NCBI RefSeq assembly: GCF_009914755.1
Contig: NC_060936.1
Length of the DNA: 64,000 bases
Strand: one strand, 5' to 3'
Source: the human T2T-CHM13v2.0 reference genome, Homo sapiens
Shown here: positions 1-19,906 of the stretch, piece after piece
Numbering within the stretch: the first letter of the stretch is position 1
How the letters are laid out: the number at the start of each line of letters is the position of its first letter
Translations under genes and position numbers: made by a program
Notes under the pieces: model-generated
The model's database searches: none
Told to the model about the DNA's origin: nothing
Seen by the model: only the letters and a program-made list of their open reading frames with translations

Positions 1-389
1 ACCCTGTGAGTATTCTAGTGAGCAGAAATCCAGAAGAAAAAAAGAGGAGCAAAACATCAGAACTCAGGGTGCTAGGCAAAAGTGTTCTTATGAGAAAAAT
101 GCGACAGATTATTTGAGACTCTGATAGCCTGGGGGTGATCCATAAACATTCCCGAACTCCTCCAATGCCCCCCAGCACTGTCATCAGACATCTTCACCCT
201 CTGAAGCCCATGCTGCTGGAGACCCCAGGAAATGGCCTTGATACCAACCTCCCATCCCCAGCCCACACTCCCTCTTCCTGGCCTAACCATTCTCCCACCC
301 GCAGGTGTTGCTTCCCAGACTGTGGAATCAAATCCTCTGGATGCACCCAAGAAGCAGGTACTGGGTCCCCATTTAACAGATGAGGACAC

Positions 390-1280
390 GGCTCTGAGCG
401 CTGCCCGAGGTTCCCCAGCCGACGATAACTCCAGCCCGCCGGGCCCGAAGAGCAGAGTCCTGCCTCCTCCCCACCGGCTTCAGCCTCGGGCCTCGGCTCT
501 GCTCCTCCCTCCTACACACACCCCGGACGCGTCTGTCCAGGTCCGAAATCCAGATCCACACGTCCGTATCCCGAGGCGGGCGTGAACTATCCACCCGTGT
601 GCACGCCAGCCGAGCGAGTGGCCGAGGGACACCCCCGTGCTTCCCAAGGCCTGGCTCCACGAGGAGCAGAACCCCAGCGGTGGGATTCTGTCGCGCAATG
701 CTGTGTGGCTCCGACTAGGGCCCGCCCTCCAGCAAAGAGATGCTGGTGGGTGCTCTCGGTTCACCCCCGCACTCGCCCCAGGGGGGCTCGCGGGCCACCT
801 GGAGCTCCCGCCCCTCGGTGGCCAGGGCTGCGCGTGAAAGGGGGACGTTCGGACGCGGGGGCGCGGAGCCAGCGCGCGAGCCTCGGAGCCTCCCCCAGGC
901 TGTGGGGGAAGAGGAGGGAGGAGGGAGCAGATGGCAGCAATTACCGCTCGGACCCTCCCCCGCCGTAGCCTGGGGCCGGAAGATCGGCTCGGCAGCTCGC
1001 TCCTGCGGGAGGGGCGGCGGCCTCCCCGGCCGGGAACCGGCGGGGAGGGGGTCCGGGAGGGGCGGCTCTGGCCGCCGGGGCGCGGGCATCCCAGCTTCTA
1101 GGGGAGAGTGATGTGAGGGCCCGGTGGAGACACCTCCTTCTCCCGGGACGAGGGCTGAGAGATTCCCTTTGGAAAGGCCGAGTCTCCGGCCGCCCCCACC
1201 CCCAGAGTTGTTTCAGGCCAGGGCCGGCCGCAACCAGCTCCGGGCCTTTAGGTCCTCAAAGTTCCGAAGATTTTCAGGTC
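390..1280. promoter_or_regulatory. CpG island / GC-rich putative promoter (no gene assignable in window)
   Basis: Very GC-rich and CpG-dense, with GC boxes and G-run clusters (~1005-1085). The overlapping ORFs are low-complexity G/P/R-rich with no recognisable family. Confidence 0.7.
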
Positions 1281-1689
1281 GAGCCAGTGGCCCAGGCTAG
1301 GGAGAGGGGAGCTGTACGGTTGTGCAGGTTGTGACCTATACAAGGTGGGAGGCGTGGTTGTGGGTGAGTGGGATTCCAAGCTCGGCCTTGGCAGGTGCTG
1401 ACTCGTTCTGAAGGAGGGCAGGGGGCACCGTTTCTCACAAAGGTCTCGGATGAGCCAGCCTGGCCTGCCCTTGATTTAGGGCTGCTGAGGGTAGACACAG
1501 TGGGAGAGCAAATGGCTAGGGTTGGCCCCTGTGGGTCAGGGCCAGGGCTAAAGAGGACAGGGGGACTCTCCTGGCCCAGAGTAGAAACAACTGGATCATC
1601 TGGGCTCCCTGGGCCTTTCTTTCTTCTTGAATTCCTCTCCCACCCTCACCCTGAATCTTGATCCTCTGTCTCTAACATAGTTCCTAAAA

Positions 1690-2340
1690 CAGCCCCTGCC
1701 CCTGCCCCCACTCAACTGCCCAAGCTCCTGTTACTTCCCTGCACAATCGAAAAGACTCCTGTCCGCTCTCCCAGGGTCCCCAACAATCAGTTCACACTGC
1801 AGGCAAAGAGACCTTTAAAAATACAAATCAGGAAAACACCAGGGCATGTGATTCCTCGCTTAACAGCCACCCACAGCTTCCCTGCAAAGGAAGCCCAAAC
1901 CTTTTCCCCCAGCCCCTACCTACACAGACAGACCTCTCTTCCTATCCTTCTCCCCACTGCCCAGACACTGCTTACACTGGCTGCCTTTCTGTTCATTGAA
2001 CTTGATAAGCTTTCCCCCACCTCTGGCCTTGGCTTTGCTGGTGCTTTTCCTGGATCGCTCTGCCCAGATCCTTCCCAGGAACGTCACCTTCCCATCATCC
2101 CTGACCACAATAATAAAGCAGCCCCATCTGCCTGATCCAGTCTGTCACTTAACCTTATATATTTCTTCCACTGAACTCACCACATTCTGTAATTATCTTT
2201 CTTATTCACTTGGTTTGTGGTCTGTTTCACTTACCAGAATGTCAGCTTCATGAACGCGGGGACCTTGTCTTTCTTGTTCTCTAGCACAATGCCTGGTGCA
2301 AACCAAGAAGCACTCAGTACATGCTCCATACATTCCAGGA
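1690..2340. mobile_element. Old L2 LINE fragment
   Basis: Typical L2 3' remnant phrases (tttaaaaatacaaatcagga...; gtcttgttctctagcacaatgcctgg...cactcagtacatg). Confidence 0.5.
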
Positions 2341-5300
2341 AAGGAGTCCCTGGGACCAAACTGGATGCTAGTTCATCTGGTCACCTCCGAGAGGGCTTCT
2401 CTCTGGGTGGGGCCAGCTACAAACACCTGTACTCACCTGGTACCCACCTAGATGCTTTGCACACATGGGCAGACCCATGGCTTACTATAACAATAATCTT
2501 GGCTGACAGCTAATCAGCTGACTGTGCCAGACATCATTCTAAGTCCTTTACATAGTTTAGTTTAATTTAACTCATTCCATCCTCCTGTGAAGTAGACACT
2601 AATAGCCTCAGTTTACAAGTAGATATACCACACACACAGATCCACACCACAACACACAGGCAGCATAAGCATTGAATTCATTATTACTATCCAACAGATA
2701 GATGAGTGGGGTAAAGAAATCAGGGTGAGCCTGGGACATTTAATAACTACTGTGGGAAGATGGGAAGAACACCAGGGAAAGCTCAGCATGGGGGTCAGGC
2801 ACAGGGCCAGCTGGGCAAGTGGTAGAAGAGGAAGTTGAGCCTCAGCCCACGCCCATATTCTGAGTCCCCACAGCACTTGGAGTGGTGCGGAGGGTGGTTC
2901 CTGGTTCAGTTCTGCTACCCACCAGAGGGGTGATCTTGCCCACCAGAGGGCAACCGTTTACCCTCTTGAGACCACATTAGCAAAATGGTGGGGGAGGCGT
3001 ACATAATACCTGTCTCCCAGGGACCCCACCAGGATCAAACTCCAAAATGCTCATGAAAGCCGTGTAGGGCTTGCTGATGAAAGGGTGCAGGTTGCCAGCC
3101 GGGAAAACTGGGGCTGGAGCTATGCTTTGGCTCTTCTGGAACCATAGCTCACTGCTGTATGACCCTCCAGAGTGGGGGGCTGGTGGAGGGGCTGGGTCTC
3201 ACCAACCATTGCCCCCTCTGTACCTGGCCTGGTGCTCATCTAGAACTCCATAGGTATTTGTGGAGTGAATGCCTGCGTGAGGGAAGGACCAGGGCATAGG
3301 TAAGAGGAGGAGAATGAATACATGAGTGAGAGGCAGAGTGAATGAAGCAGGGACTGGAGACGCCCTCTGCCTCTGAGCCTCAGTTTCTTCATCTGTGAAA
3401 GCCAGTGGTGGGGCTTGGCCCACTTCTGTCTCTGGGCTCCAGTGTGAATCAGACAAGATGGGGCCACTCCATGGAAGCCCCTCCTTGCTATCTATGCAGG
3501 GCCCCCAGGGTGGACGGGGGGAGCTGAAGTGACCAGTGTTCCCCTCCCCCCATCCCTGTCCCCCGGAATTTATGGATTCCTCATTGTCCTGCACAAAGGC
3601 CTTCTTGAGGAGGGGGCGGGGTGATGGAGGAGACGGGAGAATTAGAAAGGCGGAAGCTGAGCAACAGCCAGCCACACCCAAGGCCCCATAAATCTGCCCA
3701 GGCCCCTGTAAGATGGACTCGCTTTGCCGCACTTGAAGCGGCTTGCAGGGCTCCTGCTGCTGGGATCAGCTCACCTTCCTCACAGCTCTGGATCCTCAGC
3801 AAGATGGGGGGTGGAGCTGCGGGGGGCATGAAGACAAGACCTGGTGGTCAGGGAGGGGTGACTCACCTTGCGTTATACCTCTGACCTCAGAAAGTCCTTA
3901 ATCTTGTTCCTGTGCTGCCCCCTGTAATTCTAGTCCACAGCTGTTGGTTCTGAGCTGAAAAATGAGCTTTTTGTGGGTACTCTGAGTCTTTTTGTGGGAG
4001 GGGGCCTGAAGGCTCAGACTCTAAGAAAATGGCCTCCTCCCCCACGCTGGCCTCTGGGTAGTGGGTGGGAGGCTGAGGGTGGAATTGACAGATGGTGCGG
4101 TGTTTAACAGATGACGGGAAACAAAATTACTCAGCTGCCATGTCTCTCCATCTTCCCCATGGAAGGAGATGGCCTTCGGACTGGAAACAGACAATGACCT
4201 CAATCAGGAGGCTGTCAGAGGACAGGGAAAGAGAGAAGCGACGGGGTATTAGGGGTATTAGGGCACCATGAACAGGTGTACAAAAGACCTGACTCAGAAT
4301 CCCATCCCTGCCACACACCAGCTGGGTGATCTTCAGCAGATCTCACAGAGTCTCTGTTTTCTCATCTGTAAGATGGGTCAATGAAAAACCCTGCCTTATC
4401 TTCCTCACTGGCTTTTATGAAGATTATATGGATTCTGTGTTTGAAAGATGGGCTTTAAAGACTTGCGAAGGTGTAAAGATGTAAGAGGTTATCTACTGGA
4501 AACTCTAAGTGCCGGCCCACTAGTTGTTGACGGAATCATTTTAAAAACTTTTTTTTTCCTTACAACAAAACAGAATAGAGTAGAAAACATAACAGTGCTT
4601 TACAGTTTCAGGAAACACTGCTTGTAGTTACATGTGCATTCATGTGTCCTGGGTCCAGAAGTAAATGTATTTACTGTGGATGACGGTCAAAAAAGTGAAA
4701 TACTCAGAGTAGAGAATATTCTTCAGTGATATCTCCAGAAGGGAATGGTGGATGAATGGAAACTGACAACATGAAATATATCAGGCTAAACATAAATGTA
4801 AAAATTTTTGTAAACAAAAATGTACACTGGCTCTGAGCAGCTCAGTGTAACTGCGGTTGGTGGTGATGGGTGGAAGGGCTTACGTAGGACTTAACTGACT
4901 GCCCTTTTGGTGGGCAATGAAGCTCTCTCTGCTGTGTAAGACACCTTGAGCCTGATTCCTGAGAATGCTGTCCCTGAACGCCCACTAGGCAATGACCGTG
5001 GCTCCCTCACCGTGGCCCTGAGCTGTGCCAGAGGGAATGGGTTATTTAGCGAGAACCTTGAACTCATGTGCCCAGGCCTCCCCTCCAGTCCACTAGGAGT
5101 GCAGAAGGATTTGCAACAGGTATGCTGTAGTGGTGGTCAGGACACCCCTGCCTGAACTTCACCCATGACCCTTGTCCTCACCCCCACCCAAGGGGTCATA
5201 GTCCAGTGAGGGTGAGCTGGTCAGAGTGGACCCTAAATCAATCCCAGACCTTCCTGGCTGGCTCTGAGTTACAAGCTGTGGGCTTTGTGATGCAGATCAT

Positions 5301-6314
5301 GATTCGGGAGTAGGGGGCATGACCTATGGCAGGTCACACAGGACCCCTAGAAAGGGCCAGAGCTGGGGTCAGAGGCCACCTCCTCCATTCTCTGCCCTGC
5401 TCTGCTGGGTCCCATCCTGCATCTACCTAGTCCTTCAGCTGGGCTGGGCCATTTCCCCACTGACTGCCGGCTCCAGCTGTAACTGCCACCAAGCCTGGAG
5501 GCTGGGAGGAGAGGGGCTTCTGCTGGAAAAAGATCCCAGAAGAAAAGAAAGGGATGAGATGACACAGTATTTTGTTCCCAAACCAGACTCAAAAGTTTCC
5601 TGAGTTCCTTCTCTGTAGATTTGCCCCTGCACCGCCCCCCCGCCCCCCGCCCCACCACCTTCTCTTCTGATTGAATTCCGCAAGTCAAGACTCTGGGCAA
5701 AAATCCAGCCCAAAGGATTAGATGGCTGGAGATTACGCACGGCAGTCAGAGAGCAAGTTAGGGAGCAAGCAGTGTATGTTATCAGGGCTTAAGAGAGAGC
5801 ATCAGAGGGAGAGAGAGATGGAAAGAGCCAGATGGCGAGATGAGAAAGATCAAGCTGAAGAAAAGGGGATGACAGGCAGACAGAAAGAGGAGTACCAGCA
5901 GAAGACACTGAAGAGAGTGATTGAGAAATAGGAGCGGCAGGCAAAGGAACATCCTTGTGAACTCCTGTCAGACCCCAGCGGCTGAGAGGTCCAAAGGAGG
6001 TTAATCCATAAAGGGCCTTTGCTTTTAATCCTTAAGACCACCAGCCTGAGACTGCAGAAGGCCCTGGCTGAAGTGTACCTGTGTCATCCAGGAGCTATCC
6101 ATTATTTTACACATTAACCAACAACTCCATGCCCCACTACCACAATCATTTCTATCAACAAAGGCATACACAGAGAGGGTCAAGACCAGGCCTGGGGAAC
6201 TTGGCAGGGGCTGGGAAGGGATCCCTATTGAGTCCTCTTGAGGAGGGAGGCCTGGACAGGGCACTTCAAGACAGGGCATCAATGCAGGTAGAAGGTAGAA
6301 GAATCCTCACACTT

Positions 6315-6786
<472 letters not shown>

Positions 6787-7187
6787 TCACACTTGGGGTA
6801 CCCATCCAGGTTGGCTAAAGCTGATATACAGAAATAACTACAGAAATAACTCCCTTTCCTTTGAGCCAGAAACGGAACCCCACAACCCTCCTGTGCATCT
6901 GCCCTGCCAAGACCCAGACACTGCACCTGACCCTAGAACCCTCAGCTATAGCCTCAAGCCCTGTGGGGTGGGGATGCTCTTCCAATTCCTGCCCAGACCT
7001 GCCACCTGCTGGCTGACAGTGGCCTCGCAGTAACAAGACCCTTGCTGAGGCTGGGGTGATTGGTGCTAGAAGTAGCTTCTCTGGGCTTGGGGAAAAGAGG
7101 ATTTGAAAAGCAAAATGTGAAATCCCCATTCACCTACCTACGTGTTCTTATGGTCTCTCTGCACAGGTTAAAAAGACTCTGTCCCTA

Positions 7188-7509
<322 letters not shown>

Positions 7510-7923
7510 TCACTCCTGCATGATGCTGGGGGTGATCTTCAGGCCAGAGGAGAATCTGGAGGGGAACTCACATTTACTGAATGGCCGACAAGGTACTAGA
7601 TGCGGGAGACACAGAGATAACCAAAGTCCTGGGATTATAGGTGTGAGCCACGGCACCTGGCCAAGAATGAGATTAATGATAACTAGTGTGAAAAACACAA
7701 GCACTGAACTGTGTGCCTGACTCAGAGTAGTTTTCAATTAATAGTGATTGAATGAATGAATTAGAGCTACCACCAAGGGATGACGAACTCTGTGTGCAGA
7801 GGAAAAGAAGGAAACAGACAGGGAAATATTTCTGATTCTTTTATATATTTTTTTCTATCATTACCAAGTAGTAATTATCTAGGTGGAAGATTCAAACATT
7901 ATACAAGTTTGAAAAACAAACCC

Positions 7924-8250
<327 letters not shown>

Positions 8251-8299
8251 TTATTCCTCCTCTTTAAGTTAACCATGTTTTAAAGAGCATCATTTTGTC

Positions 8300-8475
8300 T
8301 AGAGGTTCCCCATCTGGGCTGTACATTAGAATCACATGAAGAGATTTTTAAAATCCTGTTGCCCAGGTTGTGCCCCAGACCAATAGTCTCAGAATCTCCA
8401 GAGTGGGTTCCAGGCATCACTATTTCTAAAAAGTCCTTAAGTGATTACATTGTGCCGCCAATGTTAAGAATGACC
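8300..8475. mobile_element. MER5-type hAT DNA transposon remnant
   Basis: gctgtacattagaatcac...ccccagaccaat...tcagaatct matches the MER5A pattern. Confidence 0.55.
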
Positions 8476-8480
8476 ATTCT

Positions 8481-10059
8481 GGCCGGACACGGTGGCTCAT
8501 GCCTGTAATCCCAGCACTTTAGAAGGCCAAGGCGGGTGGATCACTTGAGCCCAGGAGTTACCAGCCTGGGCAACACAGCAAGACCCCGTCTCTACAAAAA
8601 ATACAAAAATTAGCTGGGCGTGCTGGCGCATGCCCGTAGTCCCAGCTACTCAGGAAGCTGAAGTGAGAGGATTGCTTGATCCCGGGGAGGTCAAGGCTGC
8701 AGTGAGCCATGATTGTACCACTGCACTCCAGCCTGAAAGACAGAGCAAGACTCTGTCTCAAAAAAAAAAAAAACCATTCCAGCTCTTTCTATGCATTTAC
8801 AAAAAACACGTAAATAGCCAGACTCTCTCTCTCTCTCTCACACACACACACGCATATGTATATTGTAGAGACGGGGTCTCACTATGTTGCCCAGGCTGGT
8901 CTTGAACTCCTGGCCTCAAGTGTGTGTGTATATGTGTGTGTATATATATGTATACAGTATACTGTGTGCCTGTGTGTTTGTATGTGTGTGTGTCATTGCA
9001 TTTGGCTTTTTTTCCAACCATGAACAAGGTGGCTCAGAGAGATTTTCAGGGCAAACCATGTAGATATTTATCTTCTTCTTGAAGATAAATGGAGGCATTG
9101 AATGGAGGCATAATCTACAGGTGCCTCTAACCTTTCCTCTACTGATGAACATTTAAATTGTTTCTAATTTTTTTTACTGTTACAAACAATGCTTCAAGGT
9201 ATATTCAGTATGTCTTTTTAAATTTTATTTTATTATTTATTTGTATTTATTTATTTTGCAGAGACAGGGTCTCCGTGTGTTGCCCAGGCTGGTCTTGAAC
9301 TCCTGGCCTCAAGCAATCCTCCTGCCTTAGCCTCCCAAAGTGCTAGCATTACAGGCATGAACCACTATGCCAGGCCTACTCAGTCTATCTTTGCTCACAT
9401 ATGCAAGCACTGTTTTGAAAAAGATTTCTAAAAGCAGAATTTCTGGGTCAATGTGTATGTACATTTGTTATTTTGATAGATACTGTCAAAATGCTTTCCA
9501 AAAATACTTCACTAATTTACATTCTCCCCACAGTGTAAGCACTTCATATTATTAATGTTTAATTTTTACCAAACTGATGGGCCAAAAGCAATATTTCATT
9601 GTTATTTTAATTTGCCTTTTCCTGCCTATTTGTGAGGTTAAGCATCTTTTCATATGTTTATTGGACATTTGTATTTCTTTTCTTTTTTTTTTTTTTTTTT
9701 TCGAGACAGAGTTTCGCTCTTGTTGCCCAGGCTGGAGTGCAATGGCACGATCTCAGCTCACTGCAACCTCACCTCCGCCTCCCGGGTTCAAGTGATTCTC
9801 CTGCCTCAGCCTCCCGAGTAGCTGGGATTACAGGCATGCACCAGCACACCTGACTAATTTTGTATTTTTATTGGGGATAGGGTTTCTCCATGTTGGTCAG
9901 GCTGGTCTCAAACTCCCAGCCTCAGGTGATCTGCCCACCTCCACCTCCCAAAGTGCTGGGATTACAGGTGTGAGCCACCGCGCCTGGCCTGGCCATTTGT
10001 ATTTCTTTTATGAATTAATTGACCATGCTATTTGCCCATTTCCTATTGGGCTTTTTATT

Positions 10060-10103
<44 letters not shown>

Positions 10104-10390
10104 TTTTGAGATGGGGTCTTGCTCTGTTGCCCAGGCTGGAGTGCAGTGGTGTAATCTCAGCTCACTGCAACCTCCATCTTCCAGGCTCAAGCCAACATTT
10201 CAGCCTACTGAGTAGCTGGGACTACAGGCACAGGCTACCATGCCTGGCTAATTTTTTTTTTTTTTTTTGGTATTTTTAATAGAGACAGGGTTTTGCCATG
10301 TTGCCCAGGTTGGTCTCTAACTCCTGGCCTCAAGTGATCTGCCTGCCTCAGCCTCCGAGAGTGTTGGGATTACAGCCGTGAGCCACCACA
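8481..10390. mobile_element. Alu cluster: AluJ + (8481-8773), minus-strand Alu/FLAM pieces (~8860-8920, ~9240-9375), minus AluS (~9677-9989), minus AluJ (~10058-10390), with L1 remnants between
   Basis: Alu consensus segments with poly(A)/poly(T) and (TTTA)n tails. Confidence 0.85.
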
Positions 10391-10449
10391 TCTGTCTCCT
10401 ATTGGGCTTTTTTGCAATTAATTAGGAATAGAGGAAATTCTATTTCCAA

Positions 10450-13441
<2,992 letters not shown>

Positions 13442-13689
13442 CTAAATAAAATAGCTAAAATTGTATATGTATATATACATAATATAAATACTCTGAAGAA
13501 TACATGAAGAGGTAGTAAAACAATATATAAAGGAGAGCAAAAGAATAATGGACAAGAGACTAGGATTATAGCTGCCTTGGATGAGGAGAGGCCGGGGCTA
13601 TGTCAGGGAAATCATGTTAAACTGTAAAGTGTTATCAAGATTGAGGCCAGGCGCAGTGGCTCACGCCTGTATTCCCAGCACTTTGGTGG

Positions 13690-14300
<611 letters not shown>

Positions 14301-14884
14301 GTCCTCATATGGTGGAAGCGGTGAGGCAGCTCTCTGGGGTCTTTTTTTATAAAGGCACTAACTACCCCCTAAAAAGTCTCACCTTCTAATACCATCACCT
14401 TGGGGGCTTAGGATTTCAACATATGAATTCTGGGGGAAACAAACACTCAGATCATAGCGTATCCCATGTTCAGGGAGGAGAGAAGATCTAACATTATGAG
14501 GCAGTCAATTTTCCCCAAATTACTCTATAAATTCAAATAAATGCCTATCAAAACTGTAGCAAAAATTTTAAAAGAACCCAACAATCTTATATGCAATTTT
14601 ACATGAGAGAATAAAAATCAACTTCAAAAAAGAAAATCAGATATGGAGAACTTACTCTATCAGGTAGTCAGAGAGACTACAAGGCTAGAGTAATAAAATC
14701 AGTGTAGCATTGGCACAGGAATGCCCTCATAAGATGCTATAAGATAACTGAAACATAGCATAAAACATAAAAGAGAACTCAACGTTTACATGTGATAAAA
14801 ACGACACCACAAATCAAGGGAGAGAGAATTGTTTAATAGATGGAGTTATCTTGCTAAATGGAGAAAAAAATAAGGTTGGATCCT

Positions 14885-15290
14885 TTATTAGTCTGTTCAG
14901 GTTGCTTTAACAAAATACACAGGCTGGATGGGTTACACAACAGAAATGTATTTTCTCACAGTTCTGGAAGCTAGAAATCCAAAATCAAGGTGTCAGCAGG
15001 ATTGGTCTCCAGAGAGGCCTCTCTCCTTGGCTTGTAGATGGTACCTTCTGACTGTGTCCTCACGTGTCCTTTTCTTGTGCAGGCACAGAGAGAGAGAGTT
15101 CTGGTGTCTCTTCCTCTTCTTATAAGGACAACAGTTCTATTGGATTAGGGCCCTATCCTGCCCTAATAACTTCATTTAACCTTAATTACCTCCTTAAAGG
15201 CCCTGTCTCCAAACACAGTCATTTTTGGTGTCAGGGCTTCAATATATGAATTGGGGTTGGTTGAGGGAGACACAATTTAGTCTATAACAG
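14885..15290 (+). mobile_element. MLT1-type MaLR LTR within L1ME-like sequence (14460-16090)
   Basis: tattagtctgttcagg...cagaaatgtattttctcacagttctggaagctagaaatcc...cacaatttagtctataaca. Confidence 0.7.
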
Positions 15291-16157
15291 ATTATTTCTT
15301 CAATATTATAAAAGTGAATTCCAGATGAATTAAAGACTAAATATTAAAAATAAAACTGCAAGATTAATAAAAGAAATGAAGATCTTTGTGATCTTGGAGT
15401 AGAAAATTCTTAGTAAACAAGACCCTGAACACAAAGTATAAGGAGAAATTCTGGTGAATTTAACCATATCAAAATTCAGGAGCTATTTCAATGAAGGTCA
15501 CCATAGATAAAGCTAACAGAAGGGTTTATATAGTACAGTTGCCTCATCTATAACCCATCTGACAATGGCTTTATTATCTAGAATATTAAAAGAATTCCTG
15601 AAAAATCAATAAGAAAAGGATAGGAAAATTCAATAGAATACTGAGCAAAGGCCATGAACAGTCAATTCACAGGAGGGAAAACAAGATTGGCCAGCAGGGC
15701 ATGTGGAGAGATGCTCACCTTGTTGATAATCAGAAAAATTCAATGTAAAATAGCAATATCGCTTTATAGTTCTATCAGATTGACAAACATTAGAAGGCTG
15801 AATAATGACATGTGTTGTCTAAGACGTAGGGAGACTCTTATGCACTGCTGGTAGGCACACATGGTGAAACAGAGTGCAACCTGAGTATCCACTCAGTAAG
15901 TGTGTATGTGCCCTGTGATCTAGTGATCTCAGAGACCCCGATGGGTCCACAACTAGATACGTATGAGGGTGTTCACTTTGGCATTATTTATAGTGACAGG
16001 AAGTTGGAGGCAACCTAAGCATCTATTGCAGGAAGAAGGGATAGGCTAAATGAGGTGGATGCACACTATGGAATTCTATAAGCAGGAAGAAAGAGGGAAG
16101 AAAGAGGGAAGAAAGAAAGAAAAAAAGTGGTGCACTCTACATCTTTCATCAAGACAG

Positions 16158-16769
16158 TGTTAATTATAGTGAACCCCAAGTTTCTCTTCAAAGAATCAGT
16201 ATGTCAGTATGTTCAGCTCTCTTATTCTTTGATTATCCATTTTAAAGTTTAGCTTCCTGGTTCTCTTCCGTTCCCTTGCTCCTGGTTTTAGTAAACAACT
16301 TTCCCTCTAGTCCTAATCAGTAGTTCACATCTGTTCTCTGGTCAGCTGCTCCATCCTGACTCATCCCGTTTATCTGCTTTGACCTGAGTCATCCCAGTCA
16401 CCTGCTTTGACCTGAGTCACCCTGGTCACCTGCTCTGATCTAAGTCACCTTTAGTTCCCTGTTCCTAACTGTCCTTCCCGCCAAACTACCCACCCCGCCA
16501 CTCTAACTCATATCCCTGCTCTCTTTAAAATAGCCAATCGGAATTAGCTTAGGCTGTGCGGTCCAACCCTAGCCAATAGGGGAACGCCACAGCAGTAGGG
16601 CCGTGTGTCAGGAATAAGAACTCCTTCTCCTCTCCTGTCCAGGTGTGCTCTTGCCATTGTTCCATTCACGACTCGCACCCTTCTATAGAAGTAAAAATTG
16701 CCATGCTGAGAAAATTAAATTTATGTTCGAGTGCTATTTCCTTGCAGCATTGAAAATTTATTTACAACA
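16158..16769 (+). mobile_element. Solo ERV1 LTR, LTR10 (HERV-I) family, probably LTR10A
   Basis: TG...CA termini, 4-bp TSD ACAG (16154-57 and 16770-73), internal 28-bp repeat carrying TGA(G/C)TCA, two CCAAT boxes. Family assigned from recall of the consensus. Confidence 0.75.
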
Positions 16770-17192
16770 ACAGCATGAACTTTTTTCCTAGAATCCCTAT
16801 CCATCAGACTTCTGTTTGCATTTCATTGGCCAAAACTGCATTACATGATAACACCTAACTGAAAGGTAACTAGAGAGAAGGGGAGTTATGAACAGGGATT
16901 GTGTTAGATAATCAGAGATGTCTGGTTTATCATCTGATAGATTTTTTTCTAACTGCTGTATAGAATTCCATAGGGTGCATCTATCCCATTTTGCTGTGAT
17001 GGCTAGAGGTTTAGCAGCCATCTTGTGCCAAGGAGGAAAAGTCAAGAGAATCCCAGAGAAGGCCCTGACAAGTTTCTTAACCAACATCAACAGTTTCCTA
17101 TTCCTGAACTTTTTATCATGTATTAAAAACAAGCACCTCTTTGTTTAAGCTACATGTGTCAGAGTTCAATTGCAGACAACAGAAATAAATCT

Positions 17193-19302
<2,110 letters not shown>

Positions 19303-19439
19303 TAATTTGACAATTATGTTTTTATTTCCCCAGAACCTCAAAAAATAAGTTCAGGTGACCCCCCTGGAGACCCCACCCCAGGGTCATTCTGAGAGTACCA
19401 ACCCTATTTAATGAGATACCTGCATTCACTCACCCCCTC

Positions 19440-19761
19440 TCCCGCAACCACCCCTTCAGCAAGTCGCGCTCCACCCAATTAGGAGGGGCTTTAGGCTGGG
19501 CCTAAAAAGTTGGGCCAAGACCCCACGAGGCAGCATCTCCGCCGGCGTCCCCAAGGCTGAGAGTGGGCGCGTCCGTCAGGAGGAGTCGTCTTTGTGAGCC
19601 CGCCCCGGCGGGGAGGAGCTGCCCGGCTCAGGCCCCGCCCACCCGGAGGATCTTGGGGCTGGTCTGAGTCCGCTCCTGAGACGTGACCACCCGCCCCGCA
19701 TGGGGCCCCAGTCCCAGCTGCTTGATCCGGCTCAGCCCCGAGGTGTTTGCAGCAGCTCTTT
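19440..19761 (+). promoter_or_regulatory. ANKRD33: ANKRD33 promoter / 5' UTR (small CpG island, GC boxes)
   Basis: CpG-rich, GC boxes (CCCGCCCC, GGCCCCGCCC), immediately upstream of the first coding exon. Confidence 0.65.
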
Positions 19762-19906
19762 ATGAAAGTCCAGCCATCTGTTACCTGCGTTGCTTCCTGG
19801 GGAGGGATAGTCCACCTGGAGGCATTCGGAGACCCAGTGATTGTGCTCCGCGGAGCCTGGGCTGTGCCCCGCGTTGACTGCCTCATAGATACCCTACGAA
19901 CCCCAA
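19762..19906 (+). CDS. ANKRD33: ANKRD33 coding exon 1 (MKVQPSV...LRTP)
   Basis: ATG at 19762; donor A|GTAAGA. Confidence 0.8.

Noticed and set aside
72-1334. Overlapping ORFs in the first CpG island
   Set aside because: Low-complexity, no homology recognised, expected in GC-rich DNA.
16357-16460. Regularly spaced repeats resembling a CRISPR array
   Set aside because: Eukaryotic sequence; head-to-tail 28-bp units without unique spacers, located inside an LTR.
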